Origin: Deltaproteobacteria bacterium
GTDB lineage: Bacteria > Desulfobacterota_D > UBA1144 > Nemesobacterales > CSP1-2
NCBI GenBank assembly: GCA_052390235.1
Contig: JBQTHB010000006.1
Coordinates: 32,001 to 96,000 of the forward strand
DNA length: 64,000 nucleotides
Direction: 5' to 3'
The notes under the pieces are model-generated. The model had not been told where the DNA came from and did no database searches. It saw nothing but the letters and a program-made list of their open reading frames with translations. The stretch's first letter is position 1, and each line of letters starts with the position of its first letter. Both the position numbers and the translations under genes were made by a program. This document shows positions 59,544 through 64,000 of the stretch, one piece after another.

Positions 59544-60482
59544 CTACTTGACCTTATATTCGTATGTAACCCTCTGCCCGCGCCGCGTTATATCCAAGCT
59601 GAAACTGCTCTGCCCCCTGAGGTCTTCAAAGAGGCTCAGGGCGTTTTCAATATTATTGAGCTTAACTTTATTTATCTCGTGTATCGTGTCGCCGTTTCTG
59701 AGTCCGATTTTAAAGAAAATACTGCTCGGCCTGATAGCGAACATCTTAAGCCCGTCCGCCTGGGGGATAACCCTCGCCTGAGTGAGAAGCTGATTGGGGT
59801 CTGAGAGGAGCTCGTCGAGCATCTTTTGCTCTATTTCATAGACGCCCTCGTTTACCTCTTTGATTCCCCTCGTCTCAGAGCCGCCGGATGCGATTCTGTC
59901 TCTTAGGTTTTGAATCGGCGTGGGCTGGTTATTAAAAACCGGGGACGCGTCGGCAACCTGCTTGTCATTGATGTTTTTGCATTTTATTTTCTCGGCTTCC
60001 CTGCGCTCGACCACGACTATACAGTTGCCGATTTTAGATAACTTTACCTTCTCGGTTTGAACCACGTCAATCACCTCGCCCTCGAAGTAGCTTCTGGACT
60101 TGCCCGTATCGGTGTTTTTAATGACAGCGATGGAGTTTTCCCCAAGCACCGTGGCGAGAAGCTGGAGGTTGAGCGTCGAGAGCCGAGCCTGCTCGGGGTC
60201 AACATCGGACGAGCCTGATGAGACGCTTGCCAGGCCAAATATATTTCTCTCGATAATTACATCGTAGGCGCTCTGTCCGGCGGCGTTCCGCTCGGCGAGT
60301 TGTATTGCCGAATCATCAGAGGGGGAGGGGTCGGAAGGCGGTTTCAGCGCGGAGTCCGCCGACAGCCTACGGTCAATCCCGCCGCCGAGGATTGTGGCGA
60401 GGCTGTAGGCAATGCCCGCGATGAGAAGCAGATTCAGAACCCAGACGTATTTTTTAAGAAGCGATAGAATCATTTTAAGCAC
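59544..60482 (-). CDS. gspC: Type II secretion protein GspC with PDZ domain
   Basis: N-terminal TM, LNLQLLAT, C-terminal PDZ (KIGLRNGDTIHEIN...RRGQ). Confidence 0.87.
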   Translation of the reverse strand: MLKMILSLLKKYVWVLNLLLIAGIAYSLATILGGGIDRRLSADSALKPPSDPSPSDDSAIQLAERNAAGQSAYDVIIERNIFGLASVSSGSSDVDPEQARLSTLNLQLLATVLGENSIAVIKNTDTGKSRSYFEGEVIDVVQTEKVKLSKIGNCIVVVERREAEKIKCKNINDKQVADASPVFNNQPTPIQNLRDRIASGGSETRGIKEVNEGVYEIEQKMLDELLSDPNQLLTQARVIPQADGLKMFAIRPSSIFFKIGLRNGDTIHEINKVKLNNIENALSLFEDLRGQSSFSLDITRRGQRVTYEYKVK

Positions 60483-60602
60483 ATATATTAAATTTTATTA
60501 TAAAAATAAAGTAATTCACTTTATCCGTCAAGAGAAATCCCCTTCGGCGGCGCAATGGGACTACTCGCTCGAAGCCCGGATTTATCAAATTCCATAGCCC
60601 TC

Positions 60603-61682
60603 TCACCCATCCCCCCTCCGAATCCCGCTTGCTATTTCCTCTCCAAGGCACTCCGCGGCGACTTCCGGGGGCGTAGGGTTGATGAAGAATCCGGCTCCCC
60701 ACTCGAATCCGGCAATGGTCGTAAGGCGCGGCACTATTTCTATGTGCCAGTGAAAGTCGTATTCAATGGAGTCCCAGTGGCGCGGCTGTCCGGGGCGGCG
60801 GAATTTTGGCGGCGAGGTGTGAAGGACAAAATTATACGGAGGGTCGTTAAGCAGGTTCTTAATAGCAGAGAGGTTACGCTTCAGAACCAGCGCAAGCTCC
60901 GAGAGTTCCGAGTCTTCGAGCATGGAATAGTCGCAGAGGTGATTCTTCGGGATTATCCAAGTTTCAAAGGGGAAGCTCGAAGCAAAAGGCGCCCAGACCA
61001 CATAGCCCTCGGTTTGATGAATTACCCTGGCTTTGAATTCGATTTCCTGCTTTATCAAATCGCACATGAGACAGCGCTCTTTGATTCTGAAATTCTCTCT
61101 CGACGCCACGAGTTCCTGCTTCACTACGGGCGGCACCATGGGAGTTGCGATGAGTTGGGAGTGGGTGTGGATGATTGAGGCTCCGGCTTCGGGTTTATGA
61201 TTTTTGAAAATGAGAATGTACCTAAGCCTAGGGTCGCGGGATAAATCCCTAATCCTCTCCCTAAAAGCGAGCAGAACGTCCCGAATCCAGTCCGTATCGA
61301 GGTCGGCAAGCCCCTTGCTGTGGTCGGGCGTTTCAATTATTACCTCGTGAGCGCCCGCGCCGCTGACCACATCGAATATTCCCGTGGCGTAGCGGATGGC
61401 GTTATCTTCAATCTGAAGCGCTGGGAATTTATTGGGAACTACGCGCACCCTCCAGCCGTCTGAGTTCGCATTGGAGCCGTTATGCCTGACGGCGAATATT
61501 TCGGGAGGGGTTTTATGCTCCGAGCCTCCGCAAAACGGGCATCCGACCGAGGTTTCCGCGCTCTCTGTGGACTGCTCTCTGGAGGCGTTGTAGTCGCTCG
61601 GCCTCCTAGCCCTCTCGGTGGATATTATCACCCATCTGTTTCTTATCGGGTCGAATCTCAGTTCGCGCATATACTCCGGCAC
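60603..61682 (-). CDS. galT: Galactose-1-phosphate uridylyltransferase
   Basis: ERARRP, CPFC, VPNKFPAL, GAHEVIIE, GASIIHTHSQ, HWHIEI. Confidence 0.93.
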   Translation of the reverse strand: MPEYMRELRFDPIRNRWVIISTERARRPSDYNASREQSTESAETSVGCPFCGGSEHKTPPEIFAVRHNGSNANSDGWRVRVVPNKFPALQIEDNAIRYATGIFDVVSGAGAHEVIIETPDHSKGLADLDTDWIRDVLLAFRERIRDLSRDPRLRYILIFKNHKPEAGASIIHTHSQLIATPMVPPVVKQELVASRENFRIKERCLMCDLIKQEIEFKARVIHQTEGYVVWAPFASSFPFETWIIPKNHLCDYSMLEDSELSELALVLKRNLSAIKNLLNDPPYNFVLHTSPPKFRRPGQPRHWDSIEYDFHWHIEIVPRLTTIAGFEWGAGFFINPTPPEVAAECLGEEIASGIRRGDG

Positions 61683-61819
61683 TTACCATTGCCTACAAAT
61701 TAACCGATGATACTATACAATCTTTCTCGGCTAAGCGAAATAGCCGCCCCATGCGCCTACCTCCGAGATACGGGAGGATAGAATACCCGTCCCACTCGCC
61801 ATTGAATCCCGCCGGTTAA

Positions 61820-63115
61820 TTATTCAATTTCGAGGGCTTTGCCCTTGGTCTCAGGCAGGGTCAAAACCACTAAGGCGGCGGCTACGGCGAACACCGAGAC
61901 CGTAACGAGCGATAGCCCGTAGCCGTAAATGCTCGCAACAAAACCCACCATCGGAGGAGCGATGGCTGAGACGCCTCTGCCAAAGTTATAGCAGAACCCC
62001 TGAGCCGTGCCTCTCGCCCTCGTGGGGAAAAGCTCCGAGAAAATAGCCCCGAAACCGGAATAAAACCCAGTGCCGAAGAATCCGATGAGGGGCCCTAGGA
62101 AAAGCACTGTGGTCAAATCCTTGGCATGACCGAAGAACCAGACCAAAACCGCCATTGCGAGAAGATAAAACACAAAAACCGGCTTTCTGCCGAATCTGTC
62201 GCTTATTAAGCCGAAGGTGTTGCACCCGATAAACGCGCCTATGTTGATTGGTATAATCCACGCAAAGCCCTTGGGACCCAAGCCGACTCCTCCCTCTTCG
62301 ATGGGTCTTGAGAGGAACTGCGGTATCCAGAAATAAAGCCCCCAATAGGCTATCATGCACAGGCTCGTCAGCAGCGTGGCAGTGAGCGTGTATCTAATCA
62401 AATCGGGTTTGAATATCTGACTGAGGGTAAAGGTCTGAGCGTTTGCGCTGAGCTTTTTTTCGATTCTCATCTGGGCGGTTTTTTGCCATATCTCCGGCTC
62501 GTTCAGATGCCGCCTGATGTAGAATACCAAAAAGGCAGGCGTAATGCCTACGAGGAAAAGCACCCTCCAGCCCATGTCCACATCGAACCTCGGAATGATT
62601 ATCGTGGCTAGAATCGCCGCCATGATGTAGCCTATTGCCCAGCCGCTCTGCACCATTCCGATGACCTTGCCCCTGTGCTGTTTGGGCCAGCTCTCGGCGA
62701 CGAGAACCTCGCCAGAAGCCCACTCGCCCCCCATTCCAAGCCCCAAAAACACGCGGCAGACGAGCAGAAATGTTATATTCGGTGAAAACGCGCTAAGCCC
62801 CGTAAAGGCGGAATACAGGAGTATCGTATAAGTCAGGGCGCGCACCCTTCCAACATAATCCGAGACGATGCCAAACAGCGCCCCTCCGAAAGCCGAAGAG
62901 AACAGCGTAACCGAGAACAGAGCGCCCACTTCGGGCGGAGTCAGATTAAAGACGATAGCAATTTCGCTGACGGCAAAGGTAAACAGAAGCAGGTCCATCG
63001 CATCGAGTGTCCAACCGAGAAACGCCGCGATAAAAGCCTTCCACTGCTGGGGATTTATGTCCCTGCGCCAGCCGAATAGCCCCCCCGCCATCGGATTCGT
63101 TGTGTGGTTACTCAT
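61820..63115 (-). CDS. MFS transporter (organic acid/sialate-like)
   Basis: GWTLDAMD, SDYVGR, GLGMGGEW, SDRFGRK, SELFPTRARG. Confidence 0.92.
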   Translation of the reverse strand: MSNHTTNPMAGGLFGWRRDINPQQWKAFIAAFLGWTLDAMDLLLFTFAVSEIAIVFNLTPPEVGALFSVTLFSSAFGGALFGIVSDYVGRVRALTYTILLYSAFTGLSAFSPNITFLLVCRVFLGLGMGGEWASGEVLVAESWPKQHRGKVIGMVQSGWAIGYIMAAILATIIIPRFDVDMGWRVLFLVGITPAFLVFYIRRHLNEPEIWQKTAQMRIEKKLSANAQTFTLSQIFKPDLIRYTLTATLLTSLCMIAYWGLYFWIPQFLSRPIEEGGVGLGPKGFAWIIPINIGAFIGCNTFGLISDRFGRKPVFVFYLLAMAVLVWFFGHAKDLTTVLFLGPLIGFFGTGFYSGFGAIFSELFPTRARGTAQGFCYNFGRGVSAIAPPMVGFVASIYGYGLSLVTVSVFAVAAALVVLTLPETKGKALEIE

Positions 63116-63373
63116 AAGGCGACCTCCCCCCTTCGTATTCAGAAATGGAATTTAAATTCTGCTCTCTTAGGCTCAAGCCTACTAAATTTGATTTATCGTG
63201 TCAATCTTAAATTTTTAGCGGAAATCATTGGGGGATACGAGATGAAATATAGCCCGCGCTAATACACCGCCAGAGAGGGATTTATCGGCGAATTGACGCC
63301 AATTTGATAGATAAAACCAGAGGTTGCCGCGCCGAAGCGCCTTGAGCCTCACTCAGCGCACAGTCTAAAAGCC

Positions 63374-63832
63374 CTACTGGCAAATTGACGCCCTGAGCCC
63401 TAGGGCGTTGGTGAACCACCAGTCGGATGAGTGTCCGGTTTTCCCCTTGACTTGAAACTCGATGCAGTGGGTGAATTCGTGCTTCCACACAAAAGAGTTG
63501 CGAGGGTTGCCGTCGAGCCGTTTGGAGAAATAGAGGTTGCACCTCGATGAAAAGGACGAGGTTTCCCGCCCCTTGACGGTGAATGAATCCTCACGCGCGA
63601 TGTGAATTACGGGTTTTTGAAGCACCACCGCCGCGCCCGGGCTGATTTTTCCCTCGTCGGCGAGGCATCCTAGCGTTTCAGCCCACCAGTCCTCCTCCGA
63701 GGTATTGAGAACCCTCGCCTCGAGGATTTCAATTCTCTTAGCCGCGGGGACTGTGGGGAGATAGCAGGACGAAATTAGCGCCGCCGCCGATACGCCAAGG
63801 GCAATTATTAATATAGGGAATAGAGTGTTCAT
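63374..63832 (-). CDS. Hypothetical lipoprotein with zincin-like HExxH motif
   Basis: MNTLFPILIIALGVSAAALISSC lipobox; WKHEFTHCIEFQVKGKTGH. Confidence 0.6.
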   Translation of the reverse strand: MNTLFPILIIALGVSAAALISSCYLPTVPAAKRIEILEARVLNTSEEDWWAETLGCLADEGKISPGAAVVLQKPVIHIAREDSFTVKGRETSSFSSRCNLYFSKRLDGNPRNSFVWKHEFTHCIEFQVKGKTGHSSDWWFTNALGLRASICQ

Positions 63833-63899
63833 CGCGCCGACTCGCAAGGGAAAATCAGAGCTTGGCAAATCGCCCCCTGCCGCCCTTAGAGATAATGGG

Positions 63900-63998
63900 C
63901 TATTTCCCAAGCGCCTTGTTCATCGCCGCAACGAACCTCTCGTTCTCCGCCCGTGTGCCGACGCTCACCCGAAGATGCGTCCTTAGCCCGTACGCTGC
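63900..63998 (-). CDS. hisC: C-terminus of histidinol-phosphate aminotransferase-like protein (partial)
   Basis: Own translation: AAYGLRTHLRVSVGTRAENERFVAAMNKALGK*. Confidence 0.7.
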   Translation of the reverse strand, partial: AAYGLRTHLRVSVGTRAENERFVAAMNKALGK

Positions 63999-64000
63999 GA

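Overview
Bacterial chromosomal segment of roughly 55% GC (by eye) with about 58 genes. The gene styles suggest a deltaproteobacteria-like lineage, possibly Ca. Dadabacteria; that assignment is an unverified inference. Core content: apt, aroB, trmB, sucAB, era, aspS, gyrA, moeB, pcm, meaB, a group-2-like sigma-70, galT, a partial hisC, two tRNA-Leu genes, a GldAFG-like ABC transporter with DUF4340, and a type II secretion operon gspCDEFGHIJK that runs directly into a RavA/MoxR AAA+ ATPase, with no gspL/M in the window. Three AT-richer restriction-modification cassettes sit between core genes. (1) An m4C MTase broken by a deletion/frameshift plus a PD-(D/E)XK nuclease broken by an exact 40-bp tandem duplication. 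(2) An intact Dam-like MTase plus PD-(D/E)XK nuclease. (3) An intact M.BamHI-like MTase plus a doubly frameshifted DpnII-like nuclease. Core genes appear strongly depleted in GATC while the Dam cassette is not. Other oddities: an AbfD-like Fe-S/flavoprotein with an apparent reciprocal Cys/Tyr swap and lost catalytic Glu residues, an enlarged SagB-like nitroreductase-fold protein, a TerB-like/CbbX AAA fusion, two small secreted WKHExxH zincin-like proteins, gspJ lacking a canonical start codon, and an FG/Q/G-rich loop in the secretin. All calls come from motif recognition; no searches were run.
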